Assembly (NCBI GenBank): GCA_030390025.1
Contig: CM059433.1
Coordinates: 22,260,001-22,324,000 of the forward strand
DNA: 64,000 nucleotides
DNA from: Squalus acanthias
Taxonomy: Eukaryota
Reading direction: 5' to 3'
A program made the position numbers and the translations under genes. Below are positions 10,553-22,959 of this stretch, piece after piece (the stretch's first letter is position 1; every line of letters starts with the position of its first letter). A model generated the notes under the pieces. That model saw nothing but the letters and a program-made list of their open reading frames with translations. It was not told the DNA's origin and searched no databases.

Positions 10553-11190
10553 AGGAACATAAGAACATAAGACGTAGGAGTAGGAGTAGGTCATTTGACC
10601 CCTCGAGCCTGCTCCGCCATTCAATAAGATCATGACTGATCTGATCTTGGCCTGAACTCCACTTCCCTGCCCGCTCCCCACAACCCTTGACTCCCTTATC
10701 GTTCAAAAATCTGTCTTTCTCCACCTTAAATATATTCAATGACCCAGCCTCCACAGCTCTCTGGGGAAGAGAATTCCAAAGATTCACAACCCTCTGAGAG
10801 AAGAAATTCCTCCTCATTTCCGATTTAAAAGGGTGCCCCCTTATTCTGAAATTATGCATGCCCCTTAGTTCTAGATTCCCCCACGAGGGGAAACATCCTC
10901 TCTGCATCTACCCTGTCAAGCCCCTTCAGAATCTTACATGTTTCAATAAGATCCCCTCTCATTCTTCTAAACTCCAATGAGTATAGGCCCAACCTGCTCA
11001 ACCTTTCTTCATAAGATAACCTCTTTATCTCCGGAATCAACCTCGTGAACCTTCTCTGAACTGCCTCCAATGCAAGTATATCTTTCCTTAGATAAGGAGA
11101 CCAAAACTGTACGCAGTACTCCAGGTGTGGTCTCACCAATGCCCTGTACAGTTGTAACAGGACTTCCCTACTTTTATACTCCATTCCCAG
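10553..11190 (-). mobile_element. CR1 LINE 3' fragment
   Basis: [13 protein letters not shown] and RRNFFSQRVVNLWNSLP; tail AACATAAG repeats at ~10555. Confidence 0.9.
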
Positions 11191-11334
11191 CTCAGACAAG
11201 TTCAGAACTTAGACTTGACCTGCCTGCTCCCACATTCACCCTAACCCGGGGAAACTTAAGCCTCCTGACTTCAATAGTTCACTTTTGTTTACAGCCTGTA
11301 AAATGGCACCCAACCATATAGAGTCACATACATA

Positions 11335-13197
11335 ATCACAGAATCATAGAAATTTACAGCACAGAAGGAGGCCATTCGGCCCATCGTGTCTGTGTCAGCC
11401 GAAAAAGAGCTACCCAGCCGAATCCCACTCTCCAGCTCTTGGTCCATAGCCCTGTAGGTTACGGCACTTCAAGTGCATATCCAAGTAGTTTTTAAATGTG
11501 ATGAGGGTTTCTGCCTCTACCACCCTTTCAGGCACTGAGTTCCAGGCCCCCACCACCCTCTGGGTGAAAAACTTTCTCCTTAGCTCCCCTCTAATCTTTC
11601 TACCAATTACTTTAAATCTGTGCCCCTTGGTTTTTGACCCCTCTGCTAAGGGAACTAGGTCCTTCCTATCCATGCAATCTAGGCCCCTCATAAGTTTATA
11701 CACCTCATTTAAGTCTTCCCTCAGTCTCCTCTGTTCCAAAGAAAACAACCCCAGCCTATCCAATCTTTCCTCATAGCTAAAGTTTTCCAGTCCTGGCAGC
11801 ATCCTCATAAATCTCCCCTGTACCCTCTTCAGTGCAATAGCGGCCCAGATATTCCGATCGCAGGCCTCCCGCGGGCGGAGGGCTGCGATCTGGAAAAATC
11901 TGCGCCAAGACCAGAGGGCTCCCGGGAGGCGCAGAGTTCCGTTGCTGGGCCTCTCCAAACTGCCGGTGTGCAGGGCCCACGTATCCCAGAGGCGCAGGCG
12001 GTTCGCAGCGTCCCTGGGATCACGTGGGCCATGGGGAGCCAATCAGAGAAGGGAATCTCCCTTCATACATTTGACAGGAAGACCTGTCAAATATATGAAT
12101 AGAGATCACCCCCAAAACATAGTAAAACTTCATTTAAAAAAAAAAATCACATTATTAAAATGACTTTAAATTATAATAAATTAATTTTAAACAAAAATTT
12201 TATTTTTTGAAAAAAAATATAAAGTTTTTAACGGGGCTAAAAATAAACTTACCTTTCTTTAAAGTATTTTTAAATGATAAATCAGTGGAAATTAAAAAAA
12301 AAGCTTTTTTCAACTCTTATCCTGGAAAAAGCAGGCCTTACGCCTGCTTTTACCAGGCGCAAGAATTGTAAGTGTTTTCTGCGGGCGGAGGGTCTCCAAA
12401 AAGCGGAACTCTCCACCTGCAGAGGTCCTGCTCCTGGGCAGGCGGAGGATCTGTCAAGAGCTTTCTTGACAGATCGGAAATGCCGGTTTCCAGCGCATGC
12501 GCAGTGCATGCCTGAAACTGGCATTTCCGATGTCCCTACGGGTGAGTACACAGCGCGCACACACCCGTAGGGATTGGAATTTCTGCACCCACATCTTTCC
12601 TGTAATGTGGTGACCAGAACTGCACGCAGTATTTTAGCTGAGACCTAGCTAGTGTTTTATACAGTTCAAGCATAACCTCCCTGCTCTTATATTCCATGCC
12701 TCGGCTAATAAAGGAAAGTATCCTGTGTGCCTTCTTAACCACCTTATCTACCTGACCTGCTACCTTCAGGGATCTGTGGACATGCACTCCAAGGTCCCTC
12801 TCTTCCTCTACACTTCTCAGTATCCTACCATTTATTGTGTATTCCCTTGCCTTGTTAGCCCTCCCCAAATGCATTACCTCACACTTCTCTGGATTGAATT
12901 CCATTTGCCACTTTTCTGCCCACCTGACCAGTCCATTGATATCTTCCTGCAGTCTATAACTTTCTTTCTCACTATCAACCACACGGCCAATTTTTGTATC
13001 ATTTGCAAACTTCTTAATCATGCCCCCTACATTGAAGTCTAAATCATTGATATATACCACAAAAAACAAGGAACCTAGTACTGAGCCCTGCGGAACCCCA
13101 CTGGAAACAGCCTTCCAGTCACAAAAACACCTGTCGACCATTACCATTTGCTTTTTGCCACTGAACCACTTTTGGACCCAACTTGCCACTTTCCCTT
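11335..13197 (-). mobile_element. CR1 LINE 3' fragment (RT), interrupted by a family B MITE
   Basis: GVPQGSVLG, YINDLD and KFANDTK; YCVQFWSPHYRKDV|IALKRVQ continues across the insert. Confidence 0.9.
11842..12589 (+). mobile_element. Hairpin-rich MITE, family B (~750 bp)
   Basis: Imperfect TIRs GGCCCAGATATTCCGATC / GATTGGAATTTCTGCACC, GC-rich arms and an AT-rich core. Homologous to 47300-48063 and 17001-17742. Confidence 0.82.
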
Positions 13198-13769
13198 CTG
13201 ATTGCACTTCTTGCAGTAATGTTACCGGAAATGGTGCCAATAGGCCCCAGTAACTTGCACCTTGCTATCCCAGTGGATCTGATTGCAAAATATGGTCGGC
13301 CAGCTCCAGCAGCACAGCTACACAACGCACAGGCCCACCGCAGTCTCACAGGTAATTTGAATTCATTCTCTAAGACCTGCACCTTTACCAGCATTGGCTA
13401 ATATAGTGAGCAATGCCATAGAACATTTACTGCTACTGAGGGCTATAGTTTTCAAATATTAGTTTAGAAATGTCACAATTATTTTGTTAAAATATTTGAT
13501 CCTGAAGATTGAGGCAATGGTGTACATCTTAGTATCAGAGGTTTAAAATCAGCTAACTGTGGCATAATTTATCTGGCAATAAAATTGACTTATGACCTTG
13601 CTAATGGCATTTGCTGTAGGTGTTGGCTCTCTCTAGTTCCAATAGACAGTGGTTAAAAATGTACTGCTACATACCTGCTTTAAGAAATCAAATTCAAGAT
13701 TTTAGTTCAAGGCTTAAATAATACTTGCTGAAGTATCGATTGATCTCATTCACTGCATTTGAAGTGTTA

Positions 13770-15665
13770 CGAAAAGAAATTAGGAGAGCGAAGAGGGGGC
13801 ATGAAAAAACACTGGCAGGCAAAATAAAGGAAAATCCCAAGGTGTTTTATAAGTATATTAAGGGCAAGAGGATAACCAGGGAAAGAGTAGGGCCCATTAG
13901 GGACCAAAGTGGCAATCTGTGTGTAGAGCCGGAAGATGTAGGTGAGGTTTTAAATGAATATTTTGCATCTGTGTTCACTATGGAGAAGGACGATGTAGGC
14001 ATAGAAATCAGGCAGGGGGATTGTGATATACTTGAACAAATTAGTATTGAGAGGGAGGCGGTACTAGTGGTTTTAGAGGGCTTAAAAGTGGATAAATCCC
14101 CAGGCCCAGACGAGATGTATCCCAGGCTGCTGTGTGAGGCAAGGGAGGAGATTGCAGGGGCTCTGACACAAATTTTCAGAACCTCTCTGGCCACAGGGGA
14201 GGTGCCAGAGGACTGGAGGACAGCTAACGTAGTACCATTATTCAAGAAGGGTAGTAGGGATAAACCAGGGAATTACAGGCCAATGAGCCTAACATCAGTG
14301 GTAGGGAAATTATTGGAAAAAATTCTGAGGGACAGAATTAGTCTCCACTTGGAGAGGCAAGGATTAATCAAGGATAGTCAGCATGGCTTTGTCAGGGGGA
14401 GATCATGTTTAACCAATTTGATTGAATTTTTTGAGGGGGTGACTAGGTATGTGGATGAGGGTAGTGCAGTTGATGTAGTCTACATGGACTTCAGTAAGGC
14501 TTTTGACAAAGTCTCGCATGGGAGACTGGTCAAGAAGGTAAGAGCCCATGGGATCCAGGGCAATTTGGCACATTGGATCCAACATTGGCTTAGTGGCAGG
14601 AGGCAGAGGGTGATGGTCCAAAGGTTGTTTTTGTGACTGGAAGCCTGTGTCCAGTGGTGTACCGCAGGGATCGGTGCTGGGTCCTTTGCTGTTTGTAGTG
14701 TACATTAATGATTTAGATATGAATGTAGGAGGTATGATCAGTAAGTTCGCAGATGACACGAAAATTGGTGGAGTGGTATATAGCGAGGAGGGAAGCTTCA
14801 GGCTACAGGAACGATATAGATGGGTTGGTTAGATGGGCAGAACAGTGGCAAATGGAATTTAACCCTGAAAAGTGTGAGGTGATGCATTTTGGGAGGACTA
14901 ACAAGGCAAGGGAATACACAATGAATGGTAGGACCCTAGGAAGGACAGAGGATCAGAGGGACCTTGGTGTGCATGTACATAGATCCCTGAAGGCAGCAGG
15001 ACAGGTAGATAAGGTGGTTAAGAAGGCATATGGGATACTTGCCTTCATTAGCCGAGGCATAGAATATAAGAGCAGGGAGGTTATGATGGAGCTGTACAAA
15101 ACGCTAGTTAGGCCACAGCTGGAATACTGTGTGCAGTTCTGGTCGCCACACTATAGGAAGGATGTGATTGCATTGGGGAGGGTGCAGAGGGGATTCACCA
15201 GGATGTTACCTGGGCTGGAGCGCTTCAGCTATGAAGAGAGACTGGACAGGCTGGGGTTGTTTTCCTTAGAGCAGAGAAGGCTGAAGGGGTCCTGATTGAG
15301 GTGTACAAAATTATGAGGGGCATAGATAGGGTAGATAGAAAGGAACTTTTCCTCTTAGTAGAGGGGTCAATAACCAGGGGGCATAGTTTCAAGATAAGGG
15401 GCAGGAGGTTTAGAGGGGATTTGAGGAAAAACTTTTTCACCCAGATGGTGGTTAGAATCTGGAACTCACTGCCTGAAAGGGTGGTAAAGTCATGAACCCT
15501 CATAACATTCAAGAAGCATTTAGATGAGCACGTGAAATGCCATAGCATACAAGGCTATGGACCAAGTGCTGGAAAATGGGATTAGAATAGATAGGGCTTG
15601 ATGGACGGCGTTGACACGATGGACCGAAGGGCTTCTTTCTGTGCTGTATAACTCTATGACTCAGT
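13770..15665 (+). mobile_element. 5'-truncated CR1 LINE ORF2 (RT), frameshifted
   Basis: KSPGPDEM, PGNYRPMSLTS, QHGFVRGRSCLTNL, GVPQGSVLGPLLF and FADDTK. The (CTATGACT)n tail is split by the element at 15666. Confidence 0.93.
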
Positions 15666-15945
15666 GGGCTCGATTTTGCCATTGGGGTCGGGCTGGGGCG
15701 TGTCAGGTGGTTTTCCTGTCAGGACCCCGACTCCGATGTAAAGTGGGAAAAAAGTGCGATTTTCCCCTAATTGGGCACTTGATTTCCAGCGTGTGGGAAC
15801 CCCTGGCCCAATGAGTCTTTCCATCCTGAAAGTCGCCTCCGATGACGTCATCAGAGCTGCTGGATTTAAGGCCTGCAAGCAGCCTTGCTTCTTCTGGAGA
15901 CTGCAAACTTTGTGGCCATTGTTGTGAGCGCTTCATTCAGCAAAT

Positions 15946-18651
15946 ATGTCCAGCAGTAGGCCAAAGTGTGCTCCACGGTTCGATGACGCCACCCTGCAAG
16001 CTCTGGTGGAGGGAGCAAGATCAAATAAGGAGGTGCTCTTCCCTTCCTCAGGGAGGAAAAAGCCTCCCCAGCAGACTAAAGCTGTGTGGATGCAAGTGGC
16101 CCAGGAGGTCAACTCAATGTCTATGTGCCGCAGAACCTGGTTGCAGTGCAGGAAGAGGTTTCATGACCTTCTCCGCACAGGAAAAGTGAGTATGCCTTTC
16201 CCATCACCCTCAATCTGATCCCCATCGCCTCTCCTCACCAGCACTCAGCTTTGCCAACCTCTTCCTCCACATCCCACTTGACACTGACATCCCTGCACCC
16301 TTACCCATTCCCTCTCTCTATGTTCACATTCACTTAACTATTCGACTATGCAGACCTCACACTCCCAATCGCTGTGATGCTATGACAGCAACTTACAACA
16401 CACAGGGAGGGCCCTTGGTCTTGGCACCTCACTCCATCGTTGTCTCCTTCTAAGCATCTATGCTATGGAATCTCGACACTCACTCCTTCATTTTCACTCA
16501 AACTCCACTCAAACTCATTACAGGAAAAGAGAGCCCACAATAACAGGGAGAGGGCAAGGACAGGAGGAGGGCCACCCTCAGTAGCCCAGCTCACCACTGC
16601 GGAGGAGGCGGCCCTGGAGATTGTGGGAGTGGAGGAGGATGCGCAAGTGGGGGACGGATAAACGGGTGCATCACAGCAAGCTGATGACAGAATAGCTTTG
16701 CATCTCTCTCATTGACATTGCATGAGTAACTGATAATGATTCTGAAGGTCTAACAGATTGACTTATGATCATCTGCACAATTCAATGTGCATGCAAACTT
16801 TACCTCACATCTCCAACTCTTTCCTTTACTCCCCCACAGGATCATCGACAGCCCCTGTCCCCACTGTCCAAGAGGAAGAGCCTGAGCTTCAAGACTCATC
16901 AGAGGAAGCTGCAACCTTTGAAGGCGTAGCATCAGCAGAATTCAGCGCACCCAGCACCAACGCAGACACTCACACCTCGGTGGGAACTGCGCGAGATAGT
17001 GGGCCGAAAATTGATCCCGGGACGCGAGAGTACGCACTGCGTACTCTCGCGTATTCCCACTCCAATTGCCGGTTTTCTGCATGCCCTGCGCATGCGCTGA
17101 AAACCGGCAATTGCTCTTCTGAAAAGGGGGCGGGTCCTCGGTGCATCGCGTGCGCGCTACAGGCTGCGCGCACGCTGTGCACTTCATGCTTTGGACGCGC
17201 AGGTAAGTACGGAAGATTTTGGAAATGTAAAAAGGAGGAGTAAGACCCACTTTTAAGAAGGTAAGTAGTGAATTAAGTATTTTTTTGAATTTTTTTTAAC
17301 AGGTATATCTTTTTTAGAGACTTTCAAGACAGGTAAGTTTATTTTTATAACTTTTTAAAAGATTTTAAATTTTTTCAAAAATTTAATTTTTTATTTAAAA
17401 TGGTTAATTTAATTAACTATACTTATTTTATTAATGTGATGGGTTTTTTTTAATTTAATTGAGGTTTAGCTGTTATTTTGGGGGGGTGTAAGATTCATAG
17501 ATTTCACAGCCGTGCTGTGAAACTTATGAATGGAAGATGGTGTGCTGCCATTGGCTCTAACTGAGTCACGTGATCCCACAGCTCGCACGAATTCACTACG
17601 CCGCTGGGATACGCAAGCACTGCCCAGCTGATCTCTAGAACATGAAGTTCGTGCGAGCTGGATCTGAAAAAGCACAAGCGAGGTGAGAGATCGCGGGAAA
17701 GCCTTACCCCCGCGGGAACAGAGCGAGATCAATTTCTGGGCCAGTGTAGTGTTGTCACCTGGTGTATCACAGCTCACAAGTGAGCAGCAGCAGATGGTGG
17801 AGACAGGGACAGCAGTGGAGAGTCCTCGTTGGAGGGCGCAGGACTCTGCCAGCTCGGCTTGGCTGCAGGTCGACCCTGTGCCTCCGGGTCCATCCAGAAG
17901 AAGGGCGGTGCTGGAACTCCAGGAACAGGTGTAGGAGTCTCTGGCAGGTTTAGTCTCCAGTGTCACTGCGAGTGTGGAGCGAATGGAGGAGTCTATCGCT
18001 AACATGAGCAGAGCCTCTGTGGAGGCGTTGGCGCATGAACGCATCACCACGGAAAGGATGGCAACCTCCGTGGAAAGGATGGCTACCGTAGAGGAGAGGA
18101 TGGCTATGGCCATAGAGGAGCTTAGTCACCAGGGTCGTGAAAACATGGTCATTGTTCAGAATAGACTGACATCTCTTGAGGAGCGATGGTCAGCTATTGA
18201 GCAGAGAAACCAGACCTTCATGGAAGTCCTCTGGAGTAGGACTTCCAGCGCAGAAACGGGTCCTTATGGCCCCCCTGAAGTGCAGAAAGGGGTTGTCCAG
18301 CCACTTGCTAGGTCTGAAGTGGGGCTGACCCATGAGAGGGATGTTGGTGGCAGACAACAAGGAAGTGGGGGCTCCTCTCCAAGCGCTCACACGACCATGC
18401 CACTGCAGAGCCCTCGGTCAGAGCCCCACCAGAGTCCCCACCCAACTGAGATCGGCGTCTCAACCCCTGCACAGCCGCAGGAGCAGCAGACTGTTGCCGA
18501 GCCCTCACAGGTTCACAACCCCAGAGGACGCCCGCCAAAGGTGTCGAGACAGGAGCAGCAAGAAAGTGAGCAAGGGGCCTCCACATCTGCTGAATCCACA
18601 GGGGAAGCACCACGTAGGAGCACGCGTAAGAGGAAGATAGTGCACAAGTAG
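15946..18651 (+). pseudogene. Harbinger Myb/SANT protein, 3 exons (15946-16185, 16524-~16683, 16840-18651), with stops and a MITE insertion
   Basis: RFDDATLQALV..W.QVAQEVNS....RTWLQCRKRFHDL|GTGAGT. Exon 2 reads KRAHNNRERARTGGGPP with TAA at 16659. Exon 3 is coiled-coil-like and ends RRSTRKRK. Confidence 0.85.
17001..17742 (-). mobile_element. Hairpin-rich MITE, family B (divergent copy), inside Myb exon 3
   Basis: TIRs GGGCCGAAAATTGATC / GATCAATTTCTGGGCC; AGT TSD (16998-17000, 17743-17745). Confidence 0.85.
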
Positions 18652-18909
18652 TCACAAGGGTAGTCACTTGGGTGTAATGTTGTGTTTAATTTTGAAAAGC
18701 CATCAGTTGCTTATTGTCATAAAAAATTCTGATGGCAAACTGTTGCAGTTGTGGCGTGTGTCATTTCTCTAATGGGACTTCCACATTGAGGGCTTAGGAC
18801 GACTTGCAATTGTCAGTATGGTGGTCAGAGTGATAGGAATCCATAGGTTCTTGGCCATTGTCGATGATCTGATAAGAAGGTGCGAGGCAAAAGTGTTTGA
18901 TTGTGCAGG

Positions 18910-19136
18910 CTAAGCAAATCTGGCCAAGATGAATGCGTCCCTTGCATCCCGGGCATCAATGTGGTTGCGCGCTGGCGTCTTCTGGCCTGTGCAGCTTCAG
19001 GTGGGTGAGCAGCAGCTTGGCGCTCCTGTTGTTGCTGCTGCTGTTGGTGCTGCTGTTGCTCATGGTTCTGCTGCTGCCACGGCTGGTCTTCGTCCGAATC
19101 TGATGTCCAGGAGGAAAGGAAATAAATGGTTCCCAT
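18910..19136 (-). pseudogene. Transposase relic: N-terminal poly-Q segment joined to the C-terminal end
   Basis: MGTIYFLSSWTSDSDEDQ..QQQ..RRRQR is followed in another frame by IDARDARDAFILARFA*, resembling the ..RLIASRF* C-termini. No DDE motifs lie between them. Confidence 0.55.
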
Positions 19137-19944
19137 GCTTCTGGTATATGCCTCAGTTCAGGAAGCGCTCAGTCAAGGTGGCGAGAGGGGTTTCCCAGGA
19201 GGTCACACTGGAGATGGGTGTCAGGCTCCAAACTTCCACAACAATGGGTATGCCTGCTAAAAGTTCCCCCAGACCTGAGACAACAAAATTCTGCCACCTG
19301 CAAATGATGATTGGTGAAAACTCCTTTTTAATGGTGGAGCTGCAGCTGTTAGTAAGCAATCCACTTGTGAGGCCGCCAGGATTCACTGGCGTGTTCCAGA
19401 GGAGACGTGCAGGACGTGGGAAAAGTGGTGAAATCAGAAAGGCCTCTCAAAATGGGATTATAGAGGCACTTAACTGGTTCTTAAGGGCCTTAAGGGCCTA
19501 TCCCGCCTCTTGGAGGCGGGAATGAAACGGGGTCAGAAAACACGCATTTGGGAAAATTGCTCGGAGGCAGGATGGAGGTGGGATTGGGCCCGCCTACCAT
19601 TTTTTGCGATTTTACCACCTCACACGCCTCCAATCCCGCCTCATCGGGCCTGGCAAAATCGAGCCCTATGACTCTATGAAGTGAGCTCGGCCCATTCAGA
19701 GCAAGCTTAACAAGTGCAAATTTGTTGCACATACGATTTCTGCTCATTAATTTGCATGCCACTCAGTTCCTATTAATAGCTCTTCCTTGTATAAATTTTT
19801 CTCTCTTTAATGGTAGTGATTCACAGTGATTTAAAGTGATCATACCTGCTTTTGTCTACTGTCTAACTGTGCCGTTATACTACTGCTTTGGTGCCAATGC
19901 AGAGTAGTTTCTAATTCATGCTGACACAAAAGAGGCAGTATAAC

Positions 19945-20262
19945 TCAGGAGGGAATTGCATATATACTTGAAGGGACAAAAAATGGCAGGGCTGTGTGGA
20001 AAGAGCAGGGGGAGTGGGACTAATTGGATTGCTCTTTCAAAGAGCCGGCACAGGCACAATGGGCCGAATGGCCTCCTTCCAATGTTCCCTCTAAGCTGCG
20101 TGGCCGCACAGTCATGGGAAAGATCCCGAGCAGACCGCTCACCGGCTTTTACATTGTAAATACCGCTCATGCGCAGAAATTTAAAGGAAATTGAAAGAAA
20201 CAGGCGGCGCAGAACAAACCGCAGCTGATAGGGAGCATTGCCTCCTTCTGCAGTGCATCATG
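19945..20262 (+). mobile_element. CR1 3' end fragment
   Basis: GCAGGGCT...GAGTGGGACTAATTGGATTGCTCTTTCAAAGAGCCGGCAC...GGGCCGAATGGCCTCCTTC, similar to 58810-58920. Confidence 0.7.
20080..20240. mobile_element. 161-bp hAT-type MITE
   Basis: TIRs CAATGTTCCCTCTAAGCTGC / GCAGCTGATAGGGAGCATTG (17/20) and an exact 8-bp TSD CCTCCTTC. Confidence 0.8.
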
Positions 20263-21039
20263 ATTCTATTGAGTCAGGTCAACCATCTGACTCCTGAACT
20301 CACTGCAGCCAAGAGAATGCTAGATCACCTCCAGGAGATAGTCTCAGAATGTGCTTCACACCCAGCCTGGTATAACTCCAGTTCAGTCTGAAGCCAAGGT
20401 TAAAAGCTTTCAAGCAGTTGAGAAGACATTTTAAAACCTATTTTTGAATGTTTTAGTGTTACAGGACAGTCAACAATCCTAACTTTAGTATGTAACCCTG
20501 CAGATACTGGAGCTCTGCACACGCAAGCTTACGGGTCACATACTATCTGAAACTGTTACTCGTAGCGTGGTGGTCCTCAAGTCTCCGGTTTCGAATCATT
20601 TTTAAAAAAATGTTTTCTATTCTCTTCTAAGAAGAGAAATTAACAGCTGTGTTCAAAGTTTTTAAATCAATACTCAGAATGTAAATATGAATCCCTCATC
20701 AGATCAATTCCTGTTCGTAGGTTCATTTTCTGGAAAATCAACACCACGGGTAATTACTACCAAAGTTGTTTTAACCCAGCTGTTTTCTGGGTTAGTCACA
20801 GAAGTAATGTTAAAGACAGGGGGAAATTTTCACTTCAGCACTCCCAGTACACACTGAGAGCACATAGCAGGAAACTGCCCCCACCCAAGCCCCAGCCTGT
20901 GATTTCTGCCCACTCTCCTGATAAGCAGAAACTCTCCCCATGTGCACTCAGTCTTCACACTCCATGTCTTAGTCATTTTCTAACAATTGGCATGTTTTTG
21001 TATGTGTGTCTCTTAATAGCAGTCAATGGTTTTATAATG

Positions 21040-21135
21040 GTTCTGCTGAGAGGTCATTGACCTGAAATGTTAACACTGTTTCTCTCTCCACAGATGCTGC
21101 CTGACCCGTTGCGTGTTTCCAGCATGTTCTCTTAT
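21040..21135 (+). mobile_element. Penelope-type short repeat fragment
   Basis: CTGCTGAGAGGTCATTGACCTGAAATGTTAAC-ACTGTTTCTCTCTCCACAGATGCTGCCTGACC; same family as 43572 and 44745. Confidence 0.65.
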
Positions 21136-21694
21136 TATTAATGGTTTTATAATACTGGCTCTGTTGAGAACTAATGAAACATGCTTCCTCAATTACCAAA
21201 CGGAAAAGCCCATTGAGGATTTTACAGCTTGTGTATACGGTGGAACCCTGATGTAATGTATTGATTGTTTGCTTATCATCAGCAAAATCTACTTTTCCAA
21301 ACCACAATTCCTACCTGCCCTGCGTATCCCAGACAGCCGTGTATATCGGGCAAGTGGCGCTAACCATTTTCCATTACCATAGATGTCAATTACAAAGATG
21401 CCGCTCAATCCGTATTGAAAAATAGCATATATAATAGTACGCCAGCGTTTTCTGGCAATTCAAGCAGCTATTCGCACAATCTATTTCTTTAGCATCCCGG
21501 TTATTCCCTATTTCGCATCTCAAATTAATATGAACACATTACAAACTTTTCAATGACAAAGATGAGAGCGTGAACTCAGCCTGTTTAACTAACCCTCTGA
21601 CTGTAATCGGAATAGCTTGTACTCACACAACAGCAGCCCCGCTGCCTCCGGTCCCCCTGGGAACTCGACAACTCCCGCGAGCCCTTCTTCCCAG

Positions 21695-22817
21695 ATTGTT
21701 GAGCTCCTCGTCATTGCCCCGGCAATTGTTGAGCTTCTCGTCATTGCCCCGACACTTGTTGAGTTCCTCGTCATTGCCCTGACACTTGTTGAGCTTCTCA
21801 TCATTGCCCTGACACGTGTTGAGCTCCTCATCATTGCCCTGACACTTGCTGAGCTCCTCGTCATTAACCCTGACACTTGTTGAGCTCCTCGTCATTGCCC
21901 TGACACTTGCTGAGCTCCTCGTCATTAACCCTGACACTTGCTGAGCTCCTTGTCTATGCCCTGACACTTGTTTTAGCTCCTCATTATTGCCTCAACACTT
22001 GTTGAGCTCCTCATTATTGCCTCAACACTTGTTGAGCTCCTCGTCATTGCCCCAACACTTGTTGAGCTCCTCGTCATTGCCCTGACACTTGTTGAGCTCC
22101 TCGTCATTGCCCCGACTCTTGTTGAGCTCCTCGTCATTGCCCCAACACTTGTTGAGCTCCTCGTCATTGCCCTGACACTTGTTGAGCTCCTCGTCATTGC
22201 CCTGACACTTGTCGAGCTCCTTGTCATTACCCCATCACTTGTTGAGCTTCTCGTCATTGCCCTGACACTTGTTGAGCTTCTCGTCATTGCCCCGGCATTT
22301 GTTGAGTTTCTTGTCATTGCCCTGACACTTGTTGAGCTCCTTGTCATTGCCTCGACACTTGTTGAGCTCCTGCTCATTGCCCCGGCATTTGTTGAGTTTC
22401 TTGTCATTGCCCCGACACTTGCTGAGCTCCTCATCATTGCCTCGACACTTGTTGAGCTTCTTGTCATTGCTCTGACACTTGTTGAGCTTCTTGTCATTGC
22501 TCTGACACTTGTTGAGCTTCTTGTCATTGCCCCATCACTTGTTGAGCTCCTGCTCATTGCCCCGGCACTTGTTGAGCTTCTTGTCATTGCCCCGTCACTT
22601 GTTGAGCTTCTTGTCATTGCCCCGTCACTTGTTGAGCTCCTCGTCATTGCCCCGTCACTTGTTGAGCTGCTCGTCATTGCCCCGTCACTTGTTGAGCTCC
22701 TCGTCATTGCCCCAACACTTGTTGAGTTTCTTGTCATTGTTCTGACACTTGTTGAGCTTCTCGTCATTGCACTGACACTTGCTGAGTTCCTTGTTATTGC
22801 CCTGACACTTGTTGAGG
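21695..22817. repeat. 30-bp tandem array, left segment (~37 units)
   Basis: Consensus ACACTTGTTGAGCTCCTCGTCATTGCCYCG. Confidence 0.97.
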
Positions 22818-22959
22818 TTCTTACAAACATAGAAACAAAGAAGATAGGAGCAGGAGTAGGCCATTCGCCCCCTCGAGCCTGTTCCGCCATTTATTGAGAT
22901 CATGGCTGATCATCCAAATTTAGTACCCTGCCCCTGCGTTCTCCCCATATTCCTTGGTC

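Larger units (their letters stand above)
15666..19666. mobile_element. Harbinger-4: non-autonomous Harbinger retaining the Myb gene, transposase core deleted
   Basis: Perfect 16-bp TIR GGGCTCGATTTTGCCA at both ends. Inserted in the CR1 tail; flanks are AGT/TAT, so the TSD is imperfect. Confidence 0.9.
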
